Virus record (IMG/VR): IMGVR_UViG_3300031418_000005
Coordinates: 1-64,000 of that record
DNA from: a virus
DNA length: 64,000 bases
Direction: 5' to 3' (one strand)
Shown here: positions 1 to 8,633 of the stretch, piece by piece
Position numbering within the stretch: the stretch's first letter is position 1
Layout of the letters: the number at the start of each line of letters is the position of its first letter
Translations under genes and position numbers: made by a program
The notes under the pieces: generated by a model
What the model saw: the letters and a program-made list of their open reading frames with translations, nothing else
Database searches by the model: none
What the model was told of the DNA's origin: nothing

Positions 1-101
1 ATATCCTTATCAGTCAGCGTCAGGTTATTGTCGTGGTTGATGAGCGCCAACACGAGCGCATTCGAATCCAGAGTAAGGTCAGGTTGATACCGTTCCGCCA
101 T
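1..101 (-). CDS. Partial (5' end) virion/tail-fibre-associated protein of phiKZ-like family
   Basis: Reads MAERYQPDLTLDSNALVLALINHDNNLTLTDKD.. and runs off the window. N-terminus resembles 17391..18008 and 22343..22864. GGAG RBS upstream. Confidence 0.6.
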   Translation of the reverse strand, partial: MAERYQPDLTLDSNALVLALINHDNNLTLTDKD

Positions 102-118
102 TATTTGTCTCCAGAGCG

Positions 119-161
119 AAAAAAAAAATAGAGCTACCACACATAAGATCGTGTGGTAGCT
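119..161 (-). terminator. Rho-independent terminator
   Basis: agctaccacac/gtgtggtagct stem with A-tract on the + strand (U-tract on -). Confidence 0.8.
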
Positions 162-171
162 ACGCTACTTT

Positions 172-390
172 TTAACTGAAGAGTTTAATGATACACCACA
201 GCCCGATTAAGAAGCAGATGGTCATCATCCACTTCTCGCGGCCAGCACGGTCGACGTACTCAGAAACCTGACGATAGGCGTTTAGCTGTTGCGCTAAGTG
301 CGCGCGCTGCTTGTGTCGAACATAACGAAGAAACGAGCGCAATACAGCGCCGATGCAGAAGAAGACAACTACTACAAAGAAGAATTTCAT
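172..390 (-). CDS. Small two-TM membrane protein
   Basis: 72 aa with hydrophobic N- and C-terminal segments. Confidence 0.7.
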   Translation of the reverse strand: MKFFFVVVVFFCIGAVLRSFLRYVRHKQRAHLAQQLNAYRQVSEYVDRAGREKWMMTICFLIGLWCIIKLFS

Positions 391-399
391 TACTCGCCC

Positions 400-849
400 T
401 TAGTGCAGAATAGGGTTAACGTTTTTATTGTCATAAAGCGAAAGGTGTTTACCGCCGAAAGCACCTGATGTCCCGTTCTCTTGCAGCTTCTTGTTGGCGG
501 CGGTCAGTAAACGGTCAAACCCAGCACGAACATAATCCGGGAACTCGCCGTCCACAAAGGCCATCTCTTCGCGCTGCCCCTGGAACACTTCCACGCAGCG
601 TTCGAGGTAATTCTTCACATCGCCGATTTCGTCTGCGTACATCGCATGGTATAACGCAATGCGGTAAGCTTCACCGACAAAGGCAAACTGTACGAAGACA
701 TCGTAATCGATTTCCACGATTTCCGCTTCGAGGCGGGTTGCCACAGACTTCACCAGATTACGAAGGGAGTTCACGTTAACGAGGGTGTTGTAATCGTGAG
801 TGTGGATATTGACATTGCTAGAAGGCATTACTAATTTCATATTCATCAT
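400..849 (-). CDS. Hypothetical protein
   Basis: 149-aa ORF in a tightly packed minus-strand run. Confidence 0.7.
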   Translation of the reverse strand: MMNMKLVMPSSNVNIHTHDYNTLVNVNSLRNLVKSVATRLEAEIVEIDYDVFVQFAFVGEAYRIALYHAMYADEIGDVKNYLERCVEVFQGQREEMAFVDGEFPDYVRAGFDRLLTAANKKLQENGTSGAFGGKHLSLYDNKNVNPILH

Positions 850-852
850 CCT

Positions 853-1236
853 TTAGGTTAACTCTCCTGCGTACTCGAACTCATAACCGAACCATTCGGC
901 TACTTCACGCAGTTTCTCGACTAATAAATACCGGTGACAGAATTGACCAGCGGGACAGTAGCACATCAGTGCCACTTCCCCCATCCGAAGAATCTCAACG
1001 AGTTTCTCCGCGTCTTCATCTAACAACCGGTCTAACTTCAAATTGTAAAGCCGGGTGTACTCAGCTTGCGCCAGCGGCCCCTTGTCCGACTTCTGATACA
1101 CGCTCAGAAAGTCCCACGTTGGTGCCAGATGCTTCAGTCCGGACTTCACTGTTGTGTTGATTACCGGAATCCCCTTCGCTTCGGCTACTCGCCACTTCGC
1201 TAGTTGGAGCGTCCATATCTTCACTTTCTTTGCCAT
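853..1236 (-). CDS. DUF488-like protein (PTPase-like fold)
   Basis: Probable start MAKKVK at 1236. Motifs LAPTWD and VALMCYC..CHR typical of DUF488. Confidence 0.7.
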   Translation of the reverse strand: MAKKVKIWTLQLAKWRVAEAKGIPVINTTVKSGLKHLAPTWDFLSVYQKSDKGPLAQAEYTRLYNLKLDRLLDEDAEKLVEILRMGEVALMCYCPAGQFCHRYLLVEKLREVAEWFGYEFEYAGELT

Positions 1237-2176
1237 TGTACGCATTCCATCGAAGTTCCAGGGCGTGCTCGATGTTTGGCCACTCTTCATCGTAGTAACA
1301 ACGAATGTCCAGTGAAGGGTCGTCACAACCAATCACCAGTTCACTGAAAGGATCACGTTTTGTTTTCAGGTCTTTCAGGAACTTACGCGGCCCACCGCCC
1401 AGATTATCAGCAGGGAAATTACCCGTGTACACACGACGATAGAATTCATCGTCAAGTTTAATCCGCCACGCGCGGGTTAGCCTGATACCACGGCGTCTAT
1501 AACGTAGGGCTTTGCCGCAGCGCTCATGGTCAGCAACAATGTAGAAGTATTCTTCACCGGGAATGTGGCGAATGCTAAGCTGATAATGCGACGCGACGGT
1601 AATGAGTTCCCGCACATTGGCAGGCAACGCAGACCACATTTCATGCTTATCCATATCCCAGGCGGGTGTCAGCAGTGGTGCTGCACGGTAGCCGTGGTCT
1701 TGGAAATAGATAAGGTCGCTGTACATCCTTTTCAGCCGCGCATAGTCTTCGATAGACCACTCGGCTTGTGCGCCAGACGCTTCAACGGTGTCAGCCATGT
1801 TCCAGCCAACCGTTGCGGTAGAACCCGGCGACTGCGACAAGACCTTGTTCATCACCCAGGAGATACCGAGGATGGTGTAGCCTTGCTGGGACAGTCGTGC
1901 GCCCAGTTGATGATGTTGGGTAACACGAACGTCAGGGAAGAAATTGTCCGGCGGAGAAATCCATTGGAGTGGTGAGGTGTAACCTTTACTTTGTTTCAAT
2001 AACCGATGGGCTATTTCGCTACCCAATACAAACTCAGCAAAGGACGCATCCTGGCCTTGTTTGAAATCCATGTAGAGTGGACGAATGGTCTCGTACTGAC
2101 TATCTACACGGTTAATCATGTTCATCAGATTCCAGGACGAATCAACGCCCCCGGTTAATGTTACAACGCGCGTCAT
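1061..2176 (-). CDS. QueC-like PP-loop ATPase (divergent)
   Basis: N-terminal VVTLTGGVDS PP-loop, YMDFKQ, TPAWDMDKHEM (cf. QueC P.....K..i). Zn-binding Cys cluster largely lost. Confidence 0.65.
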   Translation of the reverse strand: MTRVVTLTGGVDSSWNLMNMINRVDSQYETIRPLYMDFKQGQDASFAEFVLGSEIAHRLLKQSKGYTSPLQWISPPDNFFPDVRVTQHHQLGARLSQQGYTILGISWVMNKVLSQSPGSTATVGWNMADTVEASGAQAEWSIEDYARLKRMYSDLIYFQDHGYRAAPLLTPAWDMDKHEMWSALPANVRELITVASHYQLSIRHIPGEEYFYIVADHERCGKALRYRRRGIRLTRAWRIKLDDEFYRRVYTGNFPADNLGGGPRKFLKDLKTKRDPFSELVIGCDDPSLDIRCYYDEEWPNIEHALELRWNAYNGKESEDMDAPTSEVASSRSEGDSGNQHNSEVRTEASGTNVGLSERVSEVGQGAAGAS

Positions 2177-2460
2177 TTAGTTTCCTCGCTGTTAAGCGGC
2201 GTGACGATTGACCAGTCATTTGCCCGGTAAGTACCTTTACGAACGGCGATACGTTGCGCAGAGTCATCACACGCACGAATGATGTCTGTTGCAACATCTT
2301 CATCTTTAGTATCAACATTCTTGAAATTGTTTAAGCAGCCGAGGAAGACACGCTCGTATGCTTGTTGGTCGACTTCGATTTTCTGCTCAGGCACTTTCGC
2401 ACCATAAGCAAAAATAGGTGCCGCCAGGACACCTATAACTACCAGTATTACACGTTTCAT
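2173..2460 (-). CDS. Putative secreted protein
   Basis: Start MKRVILVVIGVLAAPIFAYGA resembles a signal peptide; two Cys in the mature part. Confidence 0.7.
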   Translation of the reverse strand: MKRVILVVIGVLAAPIFAYGAKVPEQKIEVDQQAYERVFLGCLNNFKNVDTKDEDVATDIIRACDDSAQRIAVRKGTYRANDWSIVTPLNSEETK

Positions 2461-2461
2461 G

Positions 2462-2638
2462 TTACATCCAACGTTGACATGCCGCCCAAATAACAACAAT
2501 CAGAAAAACAATTGCCATTAACAGTTGACCTGCTGCTGCAGTATGCTCACCTTTCTTTCGAAACCTTACAAAGTTTGCGATAGTGAAACCTGCACAGAAC
2601 CCGAATACTGCCATTATTAACACGTACATATTTTCCAT
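2462..2638 (-). CDS. Small two-TM membrane protein (58 aa, not in ORF track)
   Basis: MENMYVLIMAVFGFCAGFTIANFVRFRKKGEHTAAAGQLLMAIVFLIVVIWAACQRWM with AAGGAG RBS. Confidence 0.75.
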   Translation of the reverse strand: MENMYVLIMAVFGFCAGFTIANFVRFRKKGEHTAAAGQLLMAIVFLIVVIWAACQRWM

Positions 2639-2725
2639 AAATTTCTCCTTATTGGAATTGTTATAATCAAACTACTTAGGGTACAACTAACTACAACCGG
2701 AGGCGAACCTCCGGGCACTACATCA

Positions 2726-3190
2726 TTAACCCACTAAATCCCAGGTAATGACTTTATCGATGTTACCGTCCGGGTCAGACAGTGCACGCATTGCGAACAC
2801 CGGGGTAATATCATCGTTCAGTAACTCACGCAGACGGGCTGCATGAGGGCCCCACGGACGCAGTTCCAGCGTAATGGAACGTCCATCGGCTGCAACGCGT
2901 GGATTAGACAACGCACCACAGATATTTGCAGTCGGTACACTGCACGCCCGTGCAATGTAATCGTCCGACCCTTTCGGTGTCAGGCGATTGTAAACAGCCA
3001 GGTTTGGTTCCTGGTATTCGCAGAAGGTGTGCGGGCGACGGAAGAAGTCACGTAGCAGCTGACGCGGTTTACCCACGTACTTCACACCATTACGATTGAA
3101 CTGATCAAGGTCAGCCACTTTCACCACCCAGTAGGTCTCAGAGCCTGCATTCTCTTTTGCATCAAAATTCATTTTACGTAAGATTTCCAT
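2726..3190 (-). CDS. Prohead-protease-fold protein (T4 gp21/phiKZ gp175-like), catalytic His and Ser substituted
   Basis: Ordered motifs NRNGVKY, CEYQEP (cf. GELxHP), RPWGPH..L, FAMRA (cf. xSSRG/FSxR), ITWDLV. Confidence 0.7.
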   Translation of the reverse strand: MEILRKMNFDAKENAGSETYWVVKVADLDQFNRNGVKYVGKPRQLLRDFFRRPHTFCEYQEPNLAVYNRLTPKGSDDYIARACSVPTANICGALSNPRVAADGRSITLELRPWGPHAARLRELLNDDITPVFAMRALSDPDGNIDKVITWDLVG

Positions 3191-3211
3191 TTCATAATCC
3201 TTATTGGTTTT

Positions 3212-3739
3212 TCAAATTGGGTAACTTTCCATCAGACGTTTAACCTGTGGGCGGGTTAAACCTTCGATGAAGGCAACATCGACTGTGTCGGATGTTTCGG
3301 GTCGAATTATTTTTAGACTGACACGATTAGGGCGACGAGACACATGCTCCACACCGAAACGTATCTTCTGCATCGGATAACGGGACAGCGTAGAATCCCA
3401 CAACCAGCGCGTTAGCATCTCGAGGTTATCGAATTGCGTCCGCGTGTTACTGACAATGAGTGTCACCGGTTGTTTCCCGAAGATTTCCTGATGCCAGTAA
3501 TCTTCGATGCGCTTGCGGGTGTCCGGGTCAACTCGAACCCGCAATTCACTACGCAGGTTCGGGTCTTCCACATAAACCCACATGTCAAACACCGAACCGA
3601 AGTTCATGTGCCGGGCTAACTGTTGGATATCATCCCAGGTTGCCCCTGACTGGATGAAATCTTTAATCGCCTGATCAATAGGCGAGAAGTCAGTAGTCTT
3701 CTCTTTCTTGAACAGGGCCTTTAGGCGTTTCAGGAACAT
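3212..3739 (-). CDS. Hypothetical protein
   Basis: 175-aa ORF overlapping the upstream gene by 50 nt. Confidence 0.65.
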   Translation of the reverse strand: MFLKRLKALFKKEKTTDFSPIDQAIKDFIQSGATWDDIQQLARHMNFGSVFDMWVYVEDPNLRSELRVRVDPDTRKRIEDYWHQEIFGKQPVTLIVSNTRTQFDNLEMLTRWLWDSTLSRYPMQKIRFGVEHVSRRPNRVSLKIIRPETSDTVDVAFIEGLTRPQVKRLMESYPI

Positions 3740-4388
3740 CGACCGTCTCCATCAGGGTTTCTTCACGCGTCTTACGCACCATGTCCGGCACTTCCACTTT
3801 ATGCTTAACGCCTACGTCGAACTTACCGGCGTCAGACATCAGCATAATGGTCATTTGTTCACGGGTGACAAACTGGTCTTTCGGGTCAAGGTGCTTTTCT
3901 TTATCCAACAGACCGGAGTGCATGAAGTTTTCCAGCAATCGGTCTTCAGACTCCAGCAACTCGTAGCGTTGATTTGGTGCTGCAACAAACGCATAGCCGA
4001 AATATTCCCCTGGGCCTTCGGGACGTAAGTCGCGGATAATTTGTTCGGCGTGCTGGCAGAAGTCACCGAGGTTGTAGTCGTCGAGCGTACACACCATGGT
4101 TTCCGCTACAATTTCCCCAGCCGCATTGGTACTGAGGTGGGCGACCCAGAGCTTCCATGGGCGGTTCTGGTCATACAGGCCCTGTATCAACATGTCGCTT
4201 GCGATCATGCGGATACGTGGGGTTGTGGTCATGTGGAAACCACGGCCCGCGTACGGGGCCATACGGCGAATGGAGCTGCCGATGAACGTGATGCGGTTTA
4301 GGGCATTTTCAGCCACCTGCAAGGCGTTGTTATCCAGTGCCTGGCGCGGGTTATATTTTTTGTTGCGGGGTTTCTTTTGTTTGCTCAT
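3690..4388 (-). CDS. Hypothetical protein with basic N-terminus
   Basis: MSKQKKPRNKKYNPR start; 232 aa. Confidence 0.75.
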   Translation of the reverse strand: MSKQKKPRNKKYNPRQALDNNALQVAENALNRITFIGSSIRRMAPYAGRGFHMTTTPRIRMIASDMLIQGLYDQNRPWKLWVAHLSTNAAGEIVAETMVCTLDDYNLGDFCQHAEQIIRDLRPEGPGEYFGYAFVAAPNQRYELLESEDRLLENFMHSGLLDKEKHLDPKDQFVTREQMTIMLMSDAGKFDVGVKHKVEVPDMVRKTREETLMETVDVPETPKGPVQEREDY

Positions 4389-4858
4389 TTGGATTTAAAT
4401 ACCTTGGTTGCGGCGGCAAGAAAAACTTTACGTACTTCACGTAAGGTCGGCTCAGTGTGCATAAACCCGTAATGGATTTTCCAGGCGCTATAGGTGTTCT
4501 TCAGCGTCATGTCTTCCATCATGATAAACGGGTCGTCGGGATAGAGTAAGCGGGCCAGGGAGAGATTCCACAGCGGCGGTAAGTCGCTGTTCATTAACTC
4601 TGCCATAAACTCATCAACCAGATGTTCGTACCCGGCCGCTACCGCGAGCACCACATGACACTCGCCCGGCGCATTACGCTTCGAGTACGGCCCGTGTCCC
4701 TGACAGGCCCACATTGTGGTTGCCCCAGGATGTTTGTTAATCATCCGGCAGGTTTCACGAATCCCTGTCTCTATCCAGTTCTTTTCCAGCGCTTCGAAGG
4801 TGCGTTGCTTAAACGCCTTTAAATCCCGTAAGCTGATACCACCATAGCGGGTCTTCAT
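4385..4858 (-). CDS. TYW3/Taw3-like protein, paralog 1
   Basis: Start MKTRYGG with AAGGAG RBS. F.K..L...I...IN..PG..T.WACQGH resembles the TYW3 N-terminal TxxSCxG motif. Confidence 0.55.
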   Translation of the reverse strand: MKTRYGGISLRDLKAFKQRTFEALEKNWIETGIRETCRMINKHPGATTMWACQGHGPYSKRNAPGECHVVLAVAAGYEHLVDEFMAELMNSDLPPLWNLSLARLLYPDDPFIMMEDMTLKNTYSAWKIHYGFMHTEPTLREVRKVFLAAATKVFKSK

Positions 4859-4883
4859 CACATTCTCCTTTAGGGTCTTACAT

Positions 4884-5336
4884 TTAATAGTCGCTATCTG
4901 TAAAATTCGCAATCGCTAACCAGTGACTGCACATCTGCTCAATCACATCCGGGTCGGGCCGATAGTTAAGTTTGAAAGTCCAGCCACCGAACGACTCAAC
5001 ATCGTTGGGGCCAAAACGCATTCTGGAAAGCGTTAACTGAATACGCTCACTTAACGGGTGTGACTGCCACGCATTATAAATCCGCTCGATATCGCCCAGT
5101 CCCTCCTCAGTAGCGACGAATGTGATATAGTGATGGTTGCGTGTGCGAAGCTTTCCATTCTCTACACGCGTTTGCCCTTCGTTACACCACACGGTCGCAA
5201 CACAGGGCCAGGACTGAAAGGCATCAATGACGTCTTCCATTTTACCACCGAGTCGGGATTCCTCTTGAAGTGCCTGGGAGGTGCGATTTTTAAACGCAAT
5301 CAATTCCGACGATGACACAACACAGTTCTGGAACAT
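4884..5336 (-). CDS. TYW3/Taw3-like protein, paralog 2 (degenerate)
   Basis: Shares S..L.AFK.RT..AL and T.W...G with the adjacent gene. Confidence 0.55.
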   Translation of the reverse strand: MFQNCVVSSSELIAFKNRTSQALQEESRLGGKMEDVIDAFQSWPCVATVWCNEGQTRVENGKLRTRNHHYITFVATEEGLGDIERIYNAWQSHPLSERIQLTLSRMRFGPNDVESFGGWTFKLNYRPDPDVIEQMCSHWLAIANFTDSDY

Positions 5337-5360
5337 GATAATTAATTCCCTAGGAAATTT

Positions 5361-5395
5361 AATAAGAAACCCCTACCCGGACAGGGGTAGGGGTT
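5361..5395 (-). terminator. Hairpin terminator
   Basis: aacccctaccc/gggtaggggtt stem with A-rich flank. Confidence 0.65.
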
Positions 5396-5398
5396 AGG

Positions 5399-5692
5399 TT
5401 AGGCCGTGGCGCGAGCGCGGGTGGCCTTCTTCGTTACAGCTTTGCCCTTCACCGGCAGTGAGTCCACAGGCGTATCGGCAACCAGGGGCTTCTCCGTACC
5501 GTCTGCTTTCAGCACGCGTAAGTTACGTGCTTGCGGCAGACCTTTAAAGACGAAGGTCAAACCTTTGCGGAGGCCCTGATAGAGGAACCCTTGCAGGTTC
5601 AGTTTCTTGGCGGTAGCTTCTTTATCGCCACCTTTCTCCACGTACAGCAGAGTAGAACCTTCACGTTTAACAATCGTATATTGCTTAGCCAT
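5399..5692 (-). CDS. Small basic (K/A-rich) early protein
   Basis: Start MAKQYTIVK with TAAGGAG RBS directly downstream of an early promoter. Confidence 0.75.
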   Translation of the reverse strand: MAKQYTIVKREGSTLLYVEKGGDKEATAKKLNLQGFLYQGLRKGLTFVFKGLPQARNLRVLKADGTEKPLVADTPVDSLPVKGKAVTKKATRARATA

Positions 5693-5730
5693 GAGAACAC
5701 TCCTTAGAATGAGAGGAATGTTAGTATTCC

Positions 5731-5758
5731 TCACAATAACATCTATCTGAAAGGATTT
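5731..5758 (-). promoter_or_regulatory. Early (virion RNAP) promoter
   Basis: AAATCCTTTCAGATAGATGTTAT on - strand; variant of the TATATTAC-type consensus seen 6 times. Confidence 0.7.
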
Positions 5759-5762
5759 GCGA

Positions 5763-6113
5763 TCAGTGGGGCTCAGGCTCGACGTGATGCTTCTGGTCGA
5801 TGGTAAACGCCGTTGGGCCAACTTTGTGTGCAACTGCCCACATCCACTGCTGCGTTTCTTTGTCCTGCCAGGAGGCCAGGTAAACGCCTTCTTTGATATC
5901 GCTGGTATCCACCTTCTCGTGGAACAGCATATATTCGTTATCGTTATCATCGATAACCGCGAACAGACCGTCGTCCATACGGTCAAAGCGGATGATACCG
6001 ACTTCGTCAGCTTGCGGGCACGGTTGTGCGTCGCCAGTAATGCTCTGGCCGCCCACTTTCAGTTTCGGTAAGTCCTTATGAATGGCACTAATCCACATCT
6101 TATTCTTCCTCAA
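5763..6113 (-). CDS. Hypothetical protein
   Basis: 116-aa ORF; start may be the downstream MWISA. Confidence 0.7.
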   Translation of the reverse strand: MRKNKMWISAIHKDLPKLKVGGQSITGDAQPCPQADEVGIIRFDRMDDGLFAVIDDNDNEYMLFHEKVDTSDIKEGVYLASWQDKETQQWMWAVAHKVGPTAFTIDQKHHVEPEPH

Positions 6114-6129
6114 GGTTATGCGATTTTCA

Positions 6130-6153
6130 CATAACTAGGCTGGTCGGTGTAAA
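6130..6153 (-). promoter_or_regulatory. TTTAC-N15-TATG promoter-like element
   Basis: TTTACaccgaccagcctagtTATG. Confidence 0.7.
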
Positions 6154-6189
6154 AAAATAAAGGAACCTCCTCACCCGTAGGCAAGGAGG
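6151..6189 (-). terminator. Rho-independent terminator
   Basis: cctcct..aggagg stem plus A-tract. Confidence 0.65.
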
Positions 6190-6198
6190 AACGCCTTA

Positions 6199-6699
6199 TT
6201 AGAGCTGGTTCTCTTCACGGTCGTCCGTGAGGATTGCAGCCACGATATAACGCGCAAGGGTCAGTTTTGCCGCACGACGTTCTTCATCGCTTGGCAACTG
6301 CTCGCCAGATGGCGCAACAAGTTCACGCCCCTCCAACTCTTCCGCATACTTCTCGGCTGCTTCATCAAACGTTGCACGAATCCCCGCAATCATGTCCATC
6401 ACTTCGTCGGAAGGGACAACCCCTTCGCGCAACACCATGATGGCATCAAGCGGCTCAACACCGGCAAAGTTCATCTCATGCAGCAGACCAACGTGGGCAG
6501 CATTCGACCCGATTAAGCCAGCCAACGTTTTCTCGAAGCGGGAGATATACTCATCCGTCAAGGGTTCGCCGGTTAACAGCTCGTGATACGCTGACATCAT
6601 CACCTCAGGTGAACAGTCTTCGCGGTCACGAACGCCCAGGTCAAAATTGTGCTGGTCCAGTTGACCGAGTTCGATCATATCCATGGTAAACCTCAACAC
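6199..6699 (-). CDS. Acidic hypothetical protein
   Basis: 166-aa ORF, E/D-rich. Confidence 0.75.
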   Translation of the reverse strand: MLRFTMDMIELGQLDQHNFDLGVRDREDCSPEVMMSAYHELLTGEPLTDEYISRFEKTLAGLIGSNAAHVGLLHEMNFAGVEPLDAIMVLREGVVPSDEVMDMIAGIRATFDEAAEKYAEELEGRELVAPSGEQLPSDEERRAAKLTLARYIVAAILTDDREENQL

Positions 6700-6709
6700 T
6701 GTTTCAGGG

Positions 6710-7000
6710 TCATACTAAGCAGGTACGCTCGCTCGGCATCGCCGCAATCAGAATCTCAGATTGGCCCTGCTGCAACACATAACCGGTGTGAAGGACATGC
6801 GATTTAATCCCGTCCCGCGCCTTGGCCTTGGTAATCAGTTTATCCATTACGCGCTGATGGGGACGCGTGACCTCTTTCTCCGGATAGGCGATATGAAGCA
6901 CATGGTCTTCATCAATCACCGCATCGAATTGGTTCTCAGTGCCATCCACAACAACGTACAGGACTTCTTTGGTTTTAGCGACAGTACGGTTAATCTGCAT
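6710..7000 (-). CDS. Hypothetical protein
   Basis: Start MQINRT with AAGGAG RBS. Confidence 0.7.
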   Translation of the reverse strand: MQINRTVAKTKEVLYVVVDGTENQFDAVIDEDHVLHIAYPEKEVTRPHQRVMDKLITKAKARDGIKSHVLHTGYVLQQGQSEILIAAMPSERTCLV

Positions 7001-7808
7001 TACGTTCTCCTTTATGGGTTTTGTGACGTGCGTATTCGTAGCTTTCTGGCAACCAGCCGTTTTGTAATAACCACATGGCCTCATTCCCACCTTCAAATTG
7101 ATGGTAGGTGTAGACCACCGTTTCTCCCTTCGGTAACGACGAAAGGATACAGTTCATAAAGCGGGAGAACCGTTCACGGGACAGCTGTAACGTATTCCCC
7201 TGACCATCGAACGCTTTCCCAACGACCCAACGACGATGAACGGGCGATACGGAAATCACCGTACCACAGTGCCCTTGCTCATCGCGCATTGAAGCAAAGC
7301 GTCCACCCGTTAAGATAATGTCGTAGATGGAGGAGCGACCGTAAATGGTCTCAATCCAATCCAGGAACTTCTCACGGGTATCAAATGCCACCTCCAGCGT
7401 CGGAAAGAAATCTGCTTCCGGCTGACTGGGTTGTGGATTTTTGATGCGATAATTTACCGTAGAACAATGGAACCCCATCCGGGCATACACATCCCCTTCT
7501 TCCACCGTGTGCGTCACGATATACGTGTGCTGGGTGGCGGTCAGGAGATCGTCGGCGAGAGTTGACAACTTTGCCTTCTCAGCGCGTGCCATGGTGATAA
7601 GCTCCAGCATGAATCCGTGGTCCAGTATCAGTACCACGGCATCAGGTTGTGGGCTTTCACTCTCGAACACTTCAAAGATACGATAAAACAGCTTACGTGG
7701 CGGTCTCATCTCACTTAACTTTAGCCTTTCGAGAAAGAACAGAGCTTGTCGGTCTTCCAACCATTCCCGGTCCAACAAATGCTCTGTGCGTTCTACAATT
7801 CGTAACAT
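6990..7808 (-). CDS. Divergent tandem GNAT-like protein
   Basis: RAEKAK...L ... VYARMGF and GNEAMWLLQNGW resemble GNAT motif A/B. Confidence 0.5.
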   Translation of the reverse strand: MLRIVERTEHLLDREWLEDRQALFFLERLKLSEMRPPRKLFYRIFEVFESESPQPDAVVLILDHGFMLELITMARAEKAKLSTLADDLLTATQHTYIVTHTVEEGDVYARMGFHCSTVNYRIKNPQPSQPEADFFPTLEVAFDTREKFLDWIETIYGRSSIYDIILTGGRFASMRDEQGHCGTVISVSPVHRRWVVGKAFDGQGNTLQLSRERFSRFMNCILSSLPKGETVVYTYHQFEGGNEAMWLLQNGWLPESYEYARHKTHKGERNAD

Positions 7809-7816
7809 GCCTGCCC

Positions 7817-8623
7817 CTATCGTAACGAATAGTGGTGTGTTACCGGCCGATAGACCACGCCCTCCTGTGCGGTTGGGTGGTAATCGATGGCAAACCCCAG
7901 GTTAATTTTCTTCTGCATCCGCTGCCCCAATAGCAACAGCCCCGCATAACAGCGACCAAATTCCCGACCGAAATCAGCGTCGCTATGTGGCATGACACAG
8001 AAACATTGCTCCCCGACCAACATCGACGGAAAGTCTTTATACAGCAAACACGAAACCACATGGTTATCTTTCAGTGACACGACACCACTGATGAACCCCA
8101 GGGCTAACTCGCTTAACAACTCTTCAGCGGCTTTCTCAGAGACAGCGCGGTTACGAATGAGCACACACAATTCACCGGTTTGTTCAATGGTGAGGCTTTC
8201 GATACCCACCACGTTCTCCGGCTGCTCAATCCCCGCCTCCTGCGTAACCGTGACTTCCACACGCTGCGACACGCACTCAAAGCCCAACTCCTCGTAAAGA
8301 CGGACATGGCTGCGGTCATCGTGACGAACCGACAGGTCGATATGTTTGACGTTCAGCTCGCGCATCAGTGAACGCCAGGCCGTAAAGACCGGTTCCACAC
8401 ACAGTGCGTGCAGTTCGTACAAATACGCGACCCCGCCACTGATACACCCCCGGAAGTACAGTTGCACCGTACCACTGTTGGTGACCACGAGCCAATGGTT
8501 GTCCTCGTCCAGTGGACGCATGTTCTGGATGCTCTCCCGGACTTTCTCAAGCCGAGTGAGTTTTCCGGCGAACGTTACTGAACGATTGTCATCGTTCGTG
8601 TCGTAAACGTCGTAAAGATTCAT
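7817..8623 (-). CDS. Divergent GNAT-like protein
   Basis: Start MNLYDV; LHALCVEP...IDLSVRHDDRSHVRLYEELGF is a GNAT C-terminal motif. Confidence 0.6.
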   Translation of the reverse strand: MNLYDVYDTNDDNRSVTFAGKLTRLEKVRESIQNMRPLDEDNHWLVVTNSGTVQLYFRGCISGGVAYLYELHALCVEPVFTAWRSLMRELNVKHIDLSVRHDDRSHVRLYEELGFECVSQRVEVTVTQEAGIEQPENVVGIESLTIEQTGELCVLIRNRAVSEKAAEELLSELALGFISGVVSLKDNHVVSCLLYKDFPSMLVGEQCFCVMPHSDADFGREFGRCYAGLLLLGQRMQKKINLGFAIDYHPTAQEGVVYRPVTHHYSLR

Positions 8624-8633
8624 AGCCTGCCCT

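Noticed and set aside
1061-2176. Canonical queC of a 7-deazaguanine DNA-modification pathway
   Set aside because: Zn-binding cysteines mostly missing and no partner que/dpd genes in the window
2661-2686. Host sigma70-like promoter TTGTAC..TATAAC
   Set aside because: Spacer is 15 nt, short for sigma70; it fits the phage AC-N15 spacing better, though not fully excluded
5693-5986. N-terminal extension of the 195-aa ORF 5399..5986 (likewise the extensions to 8707, 11581, 13241, 20204, 25187, 32745, 50256)
   Set aside because: They run through promoters, terminators or neighbouring genes; better RBS-supported starts lie downstream
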